DNA of 19,426 nt, from contig JAWAHS010000004.1 of assembly GCA_038889075.1 (NCBI GenBank), positions 97,887 to 117,312 on the forward strand, given 5' to 3'. Numbering within the stretch: the stretch's first letter is position 1; each line of letters starts with the position of its first letter. Shown one piece after another: positions 7,942 to 16,283 of the stretch. The DNA is from Ignisphaera sp. GTDB taxonomy: Archaea > Thermoproteota > Thermoprotei_A > Sulfolobales > Ignisphaeraceae. The position numbers and the translations under genes were made by a program. The notes beneath the pieces were generated by a model. That model had not been told where the DNA came from. It did no database searches and was given only the letters and a program-made list of their open reading frames with translations.

Positions 7942-10404
7942 TTATTTTCTTTTTATAAACCATCCTATTGCTATTCCTATTATTAGTAGTGCTATTGCTA
8001 GTGCTGTTGTTATTGTCCAGTCTGTTACTGTTTCAGTCTTTGTTGTTGTAACTGTTTCCACTCTTGTTGTTGTCACTGTTGTTGTAACTGTAGCTGTTTG
8101 TGTAACTGTTTGGAGTACTGTTACAGTAACAGTAGGAGCCACAGGGGTAGGCGTTGGAGTGGGTGTAGGTGTAGGGGTTGGAGTGGGGGCAACAACTCTG
8201 ATCTTTTGTTCTAATGGTCTCCCTACATCAAACTTACTCCATCTCCAGGGATCTGCAAGTAATGTATATTCCCCAGGGTCTAGATCTACTTTGAAGCTAA
8301 CTTCATATGTGTGTGTCCCAGGAGGTACCTTAACAATTTTCCATACAAGTGTACTGGATTTACCCTGCGTTACTCCAAATATATCAAGATCATGCCATAG
8401 CTCCCAATGATCTTTTCTGGGCCCCAAAGCTATTACTATTTTATATCGCTGTTCATATGCTCCATCGTTACGTAATGTTATCTTAGCGGTGACGGTATCT
8501 CCCTTGTTAACTGTAGTTGCAGTGAGCGTAAAGTCTACTATTGAAACTTTTACAGGATAGACGTGCATAACTATATCATATGTAAATGCCACACCATTGT
8601 CAACAACATCATAGAGATAGAAGTCATCTATCATTGGCCAGTTTGTCCATCTGTCAACATAGTTCCTTAGGTGAAAACATTCATCGTATTGTAGAGGAAT
8701 GTATGGTATTTGGGGTACTGTAATCTCCATTAACTGTTTTACTATATCCTTAAATTCTCTACTTGCAGGGTCTAGCTTCCAAAGCTTATCTGTAAGGTCT
8801 GCAACCTGCTTAGCTATGGAGGGTAGTGGTGGGAAGCTTCCATTCCACCATACCTGGAAGCCAAAGGGGCTCTGTCCAAGCCACCATATACCTACTCCTG
8901 GGTACTTGAAATTGTATGTGAAAGTCCACTGTATTCCTGCTACTGGGGATGTAGCTGCATTAACCCAGTTGTACGCTATGTCATAGTCTCCCATTTGAGT
9001 TCTGGTTAAATAGACTGACACCTCTGCCGGTTCAGGGAAGACGTCGATTCCTATAGCTTTGAGATTTTCTACTATTACCATAATGGGTCTAGCCCATTCG
9101 GTCCAGCCAGAGACGTAGAGAATACCCCAGGGGCCTAGTCTCACTTTTTCACCACTAGATAGTGTACAGGTCCAACCTTTCTCAGGGCTTCCCTCACAGT
9201 GCTGTCTTAGTATTTCAATCGCTAGTTTGGGGTCATAGCAAGGTCTAACTATTCCCGCCACTTTAACTGTGCACCTAAATGTTTTATTCACTATCTCATT
9301 CAGCATGTTCACATAGTCTGGGAATAGAGTTGGATGTATTGGTACCAAGCTTAATGGTCTTGCCTGTCCACCAAGTGCTTTGGAAATCACTTCATTAAAA
9401 TTGATAGCATATAGCAATGCTTCCCTGAACCAAAGCTCTCTAAATACTGGGTGTCTCCCCATTTGTAGTACTAGTGCTTTAGGCCCTGCCTCAGGTTCCC
9501 ACCACTCCATTGGTGTAGGAGCAAGTGGGTTCCAGACTGTTAGGTAGTGAGATCTTGCTGAAATCCATTCAGGATCCATATAGGCGGTCATAGACGTTAG
9601 GTCTCTAGCACGTGCATCAAACATTCTAAATAAGGTTTCAGAGGTCTCGTCACCATGATATATCCAATACTCTGGAGCAAATAGTAGGCCTATCTTTTCT
9701 CCCCAATAATTAGGATCCCTCTTTAAAACATATCGATCTCTAGCATAGGTTACAATAGCATATGGCCCTGTACCGTCTATTCCACCATATGCCTTAGGAT
9801 CACAGTTATCAAACATAGAAAGCTTCTCTCTCCCCCCAACATCAGCAATAATCCGTTCCCAGCGAGCCCGTTTAACAATGGGTACACCTAAGAAGTTGTA
9901 GACCAAGACACTATTAGCATATTCTGGTGTTAAAATAATACGTACAGTCTTATCATCAACTTTGATTAGCCTTTCATAGGAGGCCTTCATCCATGAGAGC
10001 GGCCCTGGAACAGCTGGATCTGTATATACATCTATGCTGAATATAACATCATCAGCAGTTACAGGTGTACCATCCCTGAAACTAACTTCATCTCTTATCC
10101 TTATCTCAAAGGTTCTTTCATCTACAAATCTCCAGCTCCTTGCCACTATCGGTACAAATGGTACACCTGCAGTGATCCAAGCAGTTGCAAACTGCTTTGC
10201 TAACGGCTCATATACAAGGGGTATTGTACCCCCTTCAGTTCCAGCGATAAGAGGATTACAGTGTAGTGTTAATGGATTAGGCTTTGTGTAGCGAAAGACC
10301 AGCTCATCGGGAATTTCGACTTGAGCTGTTACAGGTGATGCAGGTATGGTTGTAATGAATATTGCTAATGCTAACAGTATAGATATAAAGAATTTGTATG
10401 ACAT
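7942..10404 (-). CDS. dppA: Family 5 (DppA/OppA-like) solute-binding protein with extra Ig-like domain, Pro/Thr linker and C-terminal membrane anchor; probably binds oligosaccharides
   Basis: N-terminal signal peptide, LVYEPL, FRDGTPVTADDVIFS, GTGPY, RDPNYWG, FREALLYAIN, LKAIGI and QIPYIPL, then (PT)7, a Thr-rich stalk, a TM helix and KRK. The ORF-track GTG at 10416 is part of the AGGTG ribosome site, so ATG 10404 is the likely start. Confidence 0.92.
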   Translation of the reverse strand: MSYKFFISILLALAIFITTIPASPVTAQVEIPDELVFRYTKPNPLTLHCNPLIAGTEGGTIPLVYEPLAKQFATAWITAGVPFVPIVARSWRFVDERTFEIRIRDEVSFRDGTPVTADDVIFSIDVYTDPAVPGPLSWMKASYERLIKVDDKTVRIILTPEYANSVLVYNFLGVPIVKRARWERIIADVGGREKLSMFDNCDPKAYGGIDGTGPYAIVTYARDRYVLKRDPNYWGEKIGLLFAPEYWIYHGDETSETLFRMFDARARDLTSMTAYMDPEWISARSHYLTVWNPLAPTPMEWWEPEAGPKALVLQMGRHPVFRELWFREALLYAINFNEVISKALGGQARPLSLVPIHPTLFPDYVNMLNEIVNKTFRCTVKVAGIVRPCYDPKLAIEILRQHCEGSPEKGWTCTLSSGEKVRLGPWGILYVSGWTEWARPIMVIVENLKAIGIDVFPEPAEVSVYLTRTQMGDYDIAYNWVNAATSPVAGIQWTFTYNFKYPGVGIWWLGQSPFGFQVWWNGSFPPLPSIAKQVADLTDKLWKLDPASREFKDIVKQLMEITVPQIPYIPLQYDECFHLRNYVDRWTNWPMIDDFYLYDVVDNGVAFTYDIVMHVYPVKVSIVDFTLTATTVNKGDTVTAKITLRNDGAYEQRYKIVIALGPRKDHWELWHDLDIFGVTQGKSSTLVWKIVKVPPGTHTYEVSFKVDLDPGEYTLLADPWRWSKFDVGRPLEQKIRVVAPTPTPTPTPTPTPTPVAPTVTVTVLQTVTQTATVTTTVTTTRVETVTTTKTETVTDWTITTALAIALLIIGIAIGWFIKRK
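8143..8187 (-). repeat. Coding (Pro-Thr)7-Pro linker repeat
   Basis: 15 alternating Pro/Thr codons with varied third positions, followed by a Thr-rich stretch. Confidence 0.9.
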
Positions 10405-10441
10405 GTCTCGGTGCACCTAACTATTATTGTAGTAGGAAAGC

Positions 10442-10461
10442 AAAAAGCTTAAAAAGTTTTT
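10442..10461. promoter_or_regulatory. Putative bidirectional BRE-TATA-BRE core promoter for dppA and dppD
   Basis: AAAAAG-CTTAAAAA-GTTTTT reads as purine run plus TATA-like box on both strands, in the short divergent gap. Confidence 0.55.
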
Positions 10462-10534
10462 CTAATAATGAGCTTCCTGAATTTAGAATCCATCATATAT
10501 GACTATTATGACCATAGTTATAGTAGGTGGTATA

Positions 10535-11545
10535 TTGCCGAAGAATGTTTTATTATACGTAAAAAATTTGAGTGGAGGATACAAAACAACCTATGGTTAC
10601 TTCAGGGCGGTGGATCGTGTCAGTTTAGATCTCTATCTAAGGGAAATTGTTGGTATAGTTGGTGAGAGTGGGAGTGGCAAAACAACTCTTTTAAAGCTTA
10701 TTTCATCTAAGGGATGCATCTCCCCCCTGATTCTTGAACAGGGGGAAATTATGGTAGAAAATGTAGATGCTAGTCGTATTAGCTGTGAAGAATGGAGAAA
10801 ACGGGTTCTAGGGAGAGAATTGGTTTACGTCCCCCAGGCAGCATATGATGCAATATATCCTTACAAAAAGATATGGAGCTTCTATAAGGATATGTTAAAA
10901 GAGCACGAAGTTGATATTGACAGCAAGGAAACTGAAAATCAGATAAAGCAAGATTTGGCAAGATACATTGAGTCAGTAGGTCTTGATACATCGATTCTGG
11001 ATAGGTACCCCTTTGAACTAAGTGGTGGAATGCGGCAGAGGACAATAATTGCAATAGCTTCAAGTTTAAGACCTTCAGTACTTCTCCTAGATGAACCAAC
11101 CTCTGCTTTAGATGTCATTACGCAGAAGAGAGTTCTGTCTACAATAGCTGAAATATTTGAAAAAGGATACATAAAGAGTGCCTTAATGAGTTCCCACGAT
11201 GTAGCCTCACTAAGGCAACTAGTTCACAGAATATATGTAATGTATAGCGGGAGAATATTTGAGTTTGCAGATACTGATACTGTGATAAAATCGCCTATGC
11301 ATCCATATACCCAGATGCTAATCGAATCTCTAGAGGCTTTTGAAGGATTTAAATCGTATAGAGAGTATAAACCTAGGGTTGCATATAAGAGCCTTACAAC
11401 CATTTATGATGTATGGGTATTGAAAGGCTGTAAGTTCCACCCCAGGTGCCCCTACGCATCGGATGTCTGTAGAATGGAAGAGCCGCCCACAGTAGAAATT
11501 GGTGAGGGGCATCATGTTATGTGCTGGCTTTATGTTAAGAGGTGA
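10535..11545 (+). CDS. dppD: Dpp/Opp-family ABC ATPase (DppD-like) with C-terminal Cys domain
   Basis: GESGSGKTT, YPFELSGGMRQR, LLLDEPTSALD, SHD, HPYT and GCKFHPRCPYASDVC...CW. The ORF track starts at 10499; TTG 10535 follows AGGTGG and is preferred. Confidence 0.93.
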   Translation: MPKNVLLYVKNLSGGYKTTYGYFRAVDRVSLDLYLREIVGIVGESGSGKTTLLKLISSKGCISPLILEQGEIMVENVDASRISCEEWRKRVLGRELVYVPQAAYDAIYPYKKIWSFYKDMLKEHEVDIDSKETENQIKQDLARYIESVGLDTSILDRYPFELSGGMRQRTIIAIASSLRPSVLLLDEPTSALDVITQKRVLSTIAEIFEKGYIKSALMSSHDVASLRQLVHRIYVMYSGRIFEFADTDTVIKSPMHPYTQMLIESLEAFEGFKSYREYKPRVAYKSLTTIYDVWVLKGCKFHPRCPYASDVCRMEEPPTVEIGEGHHVMCWLYVKR

Positions 11546-12363
11546 CGGTAATTATGGCAAATAAATCCCTACTAGAGGTTGTTAATGTTTCAAAGTACTA
11601 TGTATCAGGATATATAAGAACGCATAGTATTCCTGCTGTAATCGATGTGAATCTCACTATAGATAAAGGTGAAATACTTGCCCTAGTTGGTGAGAGTGGG
11701 AGTGGCAAAACAACTCTCGCTAAAATGATTTTAAGGCTGATAAAGCCATCGAGTGGAAGTATCCTACTACATGGTAGAGATATATACTCGTATCCCATAG
11801 AACTGTACTACACAATGGTCCAAGGTATATTTCAAGACCCCTACACCTCATTTAATCCAGTAAAGACTATACTGGATAGCCTAATGGATGCTGTATCGCT
11901 AAAGTTTAAAGCTGGAAATAAAAAAATCAATAAAGTTGAATCATTAAAAACAGTGGAATCGCTACTTCTCAAACTAGGTATGAACCCCTCAGATATACTA
12001 GCTAAATATCCACATGAGCTAAGCGGTGGTCAGCTCCAGAGAATTTTACTTGCTAGAGCTTTTATAATTGAACCAGAGCTGCTGCTGGCCGATGAACCTA
12101 CAAGTATGATAGATGCATCAACAAGAATGGCTGTACTCGACATGATGTTTCAATTAAATAGAGAGAAGGCTACATCAATAGTATTTATTACACATGATCT
12201 ATCACAGGCATTCTATGTTGCCGATAAAATAGCAATTATGTATAGAGGGAGGATTGTAGAATATGGTGAGCGAGATGAAATACTTTCTAATCCAAAAAGT
12301 GACTACACCAGACAGCTACTATCAAGCATACCAAAACTGAGTGAAAGGTGGTTTAAAATATAG
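11542..12363 (+). CDS. dppF: Dpp/Opp-family ABC ATPase (DppF-like), without the C-terminal Cys domain
   Basis: GESGSGKTT, FQDPYTSFNP, YPHELSGGQLQR, ADEPTSMID and ITHDL. GTGA overlap with the dppD stop; ATG 11554 is an alternative start. Confidence 0.93.
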   Translation: MTVIMANKSLLEVVNVSKYYVSGYIRTHSIPAVIDVNLTIDKGEILALVGESGSGKTTLAKMILRLIKPSSGSILLHGRDIYSYPIELYYTMVQGIFQDPYTSFNPVKTILDSLMDAVSLKFKAGNKKINKVESLKTVESLLLKLGMNPSDILAKYPHELSGGQLQRILLARAFIIEPELLLADEPTSMIDASTRMAVLDMMFQLNREKATSIVFITHDLSQAFYVADKIAIMYRGRIVEYGERDEILSNPKSDYTRQLLSSIPKLSERWFKI

Positions 12364-12514
12364 CCAGCTACAAAACCCGATTACCTCTAAATAGGTTAGA
12401 GGAATTAATACCTATCGTTATGCCTCTTCTTACGTAGCTGTTTCCACGACTATTGTTCTCTTTATCACGTTAACCTGTATTTACTTGAAAATCCTCTGGA
12501 GGTAGCGGCTGTAT

Positions 12515-13804
12515 CTAGATTATGAAAAAGAGTAGGTATATAATTGTGTTGGCTATTGTTACTATGCTGCCTATTTTGAAAAATTCTGCGAATGTTATTG
12601 TTGTACCCATTCTGCTTTCAAGAACTTCGAGTATGATTATGTTTGAGGCTGCTCCAAGTATTGTGAGGTTGCCTGCTATTGTTGAGCTCATTGCGAGGGC
12701 TAGCCATGCATCTACATTGCTGTTTGTGTAGCCTATGTTCTTCATGTAATTTATAAATAGTTTGACGAAGGGGACGTTGCTCAGTAGCTGGCTTAGTAAA
12801 AGTGATGCAATGGTTATCACCACTATTCCTTTGAATCCATCGATTTTCTGTGCTATTAGAATATTTAGAATGGGGTTTAGTATGCCACTTCTCCATATAC
12901 CTTCCATTGCTATAAACATTGCTATAAAGAATACTATGGTTCCCCAGTCGACTCCTGCAAGCATCTTTCTCGGGCTACTTGCAAGTATGTATAGCCCTGC
13001 TGCAACAATAAATGGTATAAAACCTCTGTGGGTTATGTGTGGCAATCCATATAGTTCAAAAACATCATTTATAACAAGGGCTGCTATAGAGGTTAGCAGC
13101 CCTATACCAGCGAGAATAGCATCACCTCTATTTCTAATAGCCTCCTGTGGAAGTAGTATCACCTCTATACGCCTATCCCTTATTTTAAAAATCTTCATTA
13201 GTAGAAATGCAGTAAGTATAAGGTTTACTACAGTTGGTATAAAGAGTCTCTTCATAAATGTAATGAACGGAGCCTCTATACCGGAATCGATAGCTATAAG
13301 TACATTCTGTGGATTTCCAATAGGTGTTGCAACAGAGCCTATTGTAAGGGAAAAGGCTAGCAGGAGAAACATCGGCCTAGGATCTATATTGGCCGCCCTC
13401 GAGATGCTGTAGACTATAGATGGCCCCATCAGAGCAACCGTATCGTTGACTACAAAAGCTGCTAGAATACCAAAGAGTAGAGAGAGTGTGTATACAAGGG
13501 CTGTCAGTCTTCCACACCTTGCCACCACCCACATCGATATAGCGTTGAGAAGCCCCGAGGACTCCGCAAGACCAACAATACTAAACATACCGATTAGAAA
13601 CAGAACTACATCCATATCTATCACACCACCAATCTCATCAAAACCGATCAGCCCAGTTATAACAACAAGAAATGCAGCAAAGGCCATAACCCCCCACACC
13701 GGTATCGATGGCCTTCTACTCCTAAGTAAAAGTACAGCAAATAGATAGACAATAAGAGCTAGACCAAGCCAAGCCCTCCAACTACTAAACGCTATTCTAA
13801 TCAT
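12515..13804 (-). CDS. ArsB/NhaD (ion transporter superfamily, CitMHS-like) anion/carboxylate permease
   Basis: About 12 TM helices with AFVVNDTVAL, IGSVATPIGNPQN, VDWGTIVFF, SQLLSNVP and STIAGNLTILGAASNII. The ORF track starts at 13852; ATG 13804 lies downstream of a TTTTAAAT box. Start and substrate are uncertain. Confidence 0.88.
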   Translation of the reverse strand: MIRIAFSSWRAWLGLALIVYLFAVLLLRSRRPSIPVWGVMAFAAFLVVITGLIGFDEIGGVIDMDVVLFLIGMFSIVGLAESSGLLNAISMWVVARCGRLTALVYTLSLLFGILAAFVVNDTVALMGPSIVYSISRAANIDPRPMFLLLAFSLTIGSVATPIGNPQNVLIAIDSGIEAPFITFMKRLFIPTVVNLILTAFLLMKIFKIRDRRIEVILLPQEAIRNRGDAILAGIGLLTSIAALVINDVFELYGLPHITHRGFIPFIVAAGLYILASSPRKMLAGVDWGTIVFFIAMFIAMEGIWRSGILNPILNILIAQKIDGFKGIVVITIASLLLSQLLSNVPFVKLFINYMKNIGYTNSNVDAWLALAMSSTIAGNLTILGAASNIIILEVLESRMGTTITFAEFFKIGSIVTIANTIIYLLFFII

Positions 13805-13891
13805 ATACAGCCTGCCAGGAGACTCCAAAAACATGGACATATTTAAAAGCATTCATGGCATCTATATACTATCTCCCTAGGCCACAAATTT

Positions 13892-13957
13892 TTACCACAG
13901 ATAGTATCGGAGAAGTCCCAGTCCCAATATCGCCACACAGATTATTACCATCTTCAT
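13892..13957 (-). CDS. Possible 21-aa single-TM small protein (MKMVIICVAILGLGLLRYYLW)
   Basis: Hand-translated small ORF with a GGATGAGG ribosome-site-like word upstream, a hydrophobic core and an RYYLW end. No homology evidence. Confidence 0.25.
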   Translation of the reverse strand: MKMVIICVAILGLGLLRYYLW

Positions 13958-14177
13958 TGCCTCATCCTATCCTCTACATCGACCTTGGAGCTACACTACC
14001 CCATAGGGATACATGCTAAGGTAGATTATCTGTATCCAGAACCCTATATAAACATTGGCAGATATAGAACCAGAAGTTCACGATGAATCTGCCAACCTCT
14101 TCGAGAAGTTTACAATAGCTTGATAGATAATAATAACACTCCAGCTTCTCTTACAAAGGTATTCTTTGGAGGTAGCC

Positions 14178-16283
14178 CTATGCAGAACTCCCTACCTCAA
14201 GCCTTATCGGATAATATACACAGGCACCCATACCATCTGGTGCCGTGCAGAGCTCCAGCCTCAGGTAGAGGGTTGCAGACTGCCCCGCTGTTGTGAAGTA
14301 GCCGCTAAAGGCAATGAAGTTGTTCACCCCGAAGTCTAGCTGTATCACGTTAGTAGAAGTTAGTATGGGCATACCTCCTCTAATCATTATACTCGTTGAA
14401 GTGGTCATACCCTCAAGCCAAATATCTAGGCTAAGTGTTGTTGAAACGGACAGGCTATCGAGAATGAGCCTAGCGTATAGAATTTGGGAAGCTGACACCC
14501 TTAGAAGCCTAGTCAAAGTGAGGAAAGTGCTTGAGCCCGAGATATAGATAGCGATGCTAGCACTCGTCCGGTTAGCTCCCAGGGTCACCGTAATTGGCCT
14601 AGTATTCAAGTTGTAGGTATCCCCACCCAAAATAGCGTCTACTGTAGGCATCTTGTAGTCGAGGCATATGGAGTTATCGGGATATCCTGCAACAATCCTA
14701 CCGTCGGTACCTGTGCCTAGAACCATGTCTGTAACCACAGATAGCGTTATAGAACCTGGTACCGTGCCGGAGTACACGAGCTCACCTAGGTTGTTCCAGA
14801 CCTCTAGCCCCATCCCAGCATAGAAGCCTGAGAACGAGATGCCCCTAGGGTCAGCCGTAGATACTATGAACTCGTCGTACTGTGCTGTAAGCCCATCTGC
14901 TACGACCCCTATATACGCTGGGACAAAGACATTGTCATGGGCTATCGTTGTTGATGCACTCAGACGCAGGGTTCCGCTAGAGTCGTAGAAGTAAGCCTCT
15001 ATGTTGATTGTTGTACCTGATACAGAGTAGCGGACTACAATCGTGTACCACGCACCAGAGCTATACCATGCCAGCCTCTCCCGGTTTACATGTGTACTCC
15101 AGCCGGTGGCTGTAACACCGAAGCTACGTATTTCAATACCCCTTCTATCGTTTTCCAGTACTACAGCATACACTCTTGTTCTATCCGTGTTCAGCATAGC
15201 TATACCGTAGTACTGGGTATTTTCCGAACGTGATACAAACCTAGTTTTAACAGCAACCCAGAGGCTTGTATAGACACTAAGCGACGTATTGTAGTAGTAG
15301 TAAGATGATGCTCCGACTCCAGCGTTGTTGTCTATCCCCCGTAGCACGCTGCCCTTGGCTCCCACTACCCCACTGGCCAAGCCCCAGCTACCGCCGCTAC
15401 TAGCCCAGCCCGGTACCGGGTACGCCTCGAAGTCCGTGTACACTAGTGCCCCCTTCGTTCTGCTTAGCCCTGTGCAGGTGTATGCATATATTGGTGCTTC
15501 AAGGGTTGCTGGTGGCGGTTGTAGATTTACTGCTACTGATGCTGGGTAGTAGGTGAAGATGGATGCTAGTGATAATAGTGTTAGAGTGGAGAGTGCTATA
15601 TAGGCAGTGCCGTCTCCAGGTCTGTGTAGTAGGGCTAGTTTTGTCTGAACTGCTGTAGCTGCCTGGGGGATTCTCAGCATTGCTAGTACAATTGATGTAG
15701 CTGATAGTGCTACCGCTGTTGCTGTGAGTATGGTTAGTAGGGCTGTGTTTCTAAGGATGTAGGTGTAGATGGGGGTTGGATTGATGGATATCCCCTCGTA
15801 TACTATGATGCCAGCATTTGTTCTAAACACCAGCTCTCTACCATTGCTGTTTAGGTGTGTAAATCTCCCTAGATCCAAGTCCATTACTCTGTATAGAAAT
15901 CCGTAGAGGAGACTGTAGGTTGGTATTAGGCTTGATGCCACTCCGAAGATTAGGCTAGCCGGTCCTAGCAACCTCTTCCCCACTACCAGTGCTATGGAGA
16001 CGATGGATAGTGTGAGCATGGTTAGCGAGACCATGGCATACGTCAGCGATATGTGTCTCGTATAATCTGTGTGTGGCATAGCCACCGAGTTGCTGTTGTG
16101 GCTGTATACCAGTCTGTAATTTAGAAGGGAGTAGTACCCGGCTACAAACCCTTCAAAGTACAAGAGGGGTGAAACGGCAATCAGTAGGTGGAGTAGATAT
16201 ACAGTAGCACAGAGTATACCGGATGTCATTATCAGAACTCTGACCCTTCCACCTACCCTATTCTCAGTGGTAGCCCAATCCAC
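14178..16283 (-). CDS. Multidomain membrane/surface protein: 4-TM domain, internal signal-like helix, ConA/LamG-like domain, pilin-like C-terminal domain
   Basis: 701-aa ORF with GGTGA before the GTG, overlapping the peptidase gene by 31 nt. It has four hydrophobic segments in aa 1-205, a fifth ending SLA|SIFTYYP at aa 240, a beta-rich TDFE..W..WYTIVV..YIGV..YDEF domain, and a C-terminus similar to the 17370-17913 protein. Confidence 0.8.
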   Translation of the reverse strand: MDWATTENRVGGRVRVLIMTSGILCATVYLLHLLIAVSPLLYFEGFVAGYYSLLNYRLVYSHNSNSVAMPHTDYTRHISLTYAMVSLTMLTLSIVSIALVVGKRLLGPASLIFGVASSLIPTYSLLYGFLYRVMDLDLGRFTHLNSNGRELVFRTNAGIIVYEGISINPTPIYTYILRNTALLTILTATAVALSATSIVLAMLRIPQAATAVQTKLALLHRPGDGTAYIALSTLTLLSLASIFTYYPASVAVNLQPPPATLEAPIYAYTCTGLSRTKGALVYTDFEAYPVPGWASSGGSWGLASGVVGAKGSVLRGIDNNAGVGASSYYYYNTSLSVYTSLWVAVKTRFVSRSENTQYYGIAMLNTDRTRVYAVVLENDRRGIEIRSFGVTATGWSTHVNRERLAWYSSGAWYTIVVRYSVSGTTINIEAYFYDSSGTLRLSASTTIAHDNVFVPAYIGVVADGLTAQYDEFIVSTADPRGISFSGFYAGMGLEVWNNLGELVYSGTVPGSITLSVVTDMVLGTGTDGRIVAGYPDNSICLDYKMPTVDAILGGDTYNLNTRPITVTLGANRTSASIAIYISGSSTFLTLTRLLRVSASQILYARLILDSLSVSTTLSLDIWLEGMTTSTSIMIRGGMPILTSTNVIQLDFGVNNFIAFSGYFTTAGQSATLYLRLELCTAPDGMGACVYYPIRLEVGSSA

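Noticed and set aside
8143-8187. PT repeat as a phase-variable microsatellite or CRISPR-like array
   Set aside because: Synonymous codons are varied and there are no spacers; it is a protein-level linker.
7922-8410. 162-aa plus-strand ORF with GVGVGV repeat
   Set aside because: Antisense reading of the PT/Thr linker of dppA.
11542-12363. DppF lacking the C-terminal Cys domain as a truncation
   Set aside because: All catalytic motifs are intact, and short second ATPases are common in sugar-type Dpp systems.
12522-13748. ORFs 12522-12731, 12618-12896, 12762-13412 and 13446-13748
   Set aside because: Shadow or alternate-frame ORFs inside the well-supported ArsB/NhaD gene.
12515-13804. Calling the permease arsB (arsenite resistance) or an exporter of deoxyhexose fermentation acids
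   Set aside because: No arsR, arsC or catabolic genes are adjacent, and the motifs identify only the superfamily.
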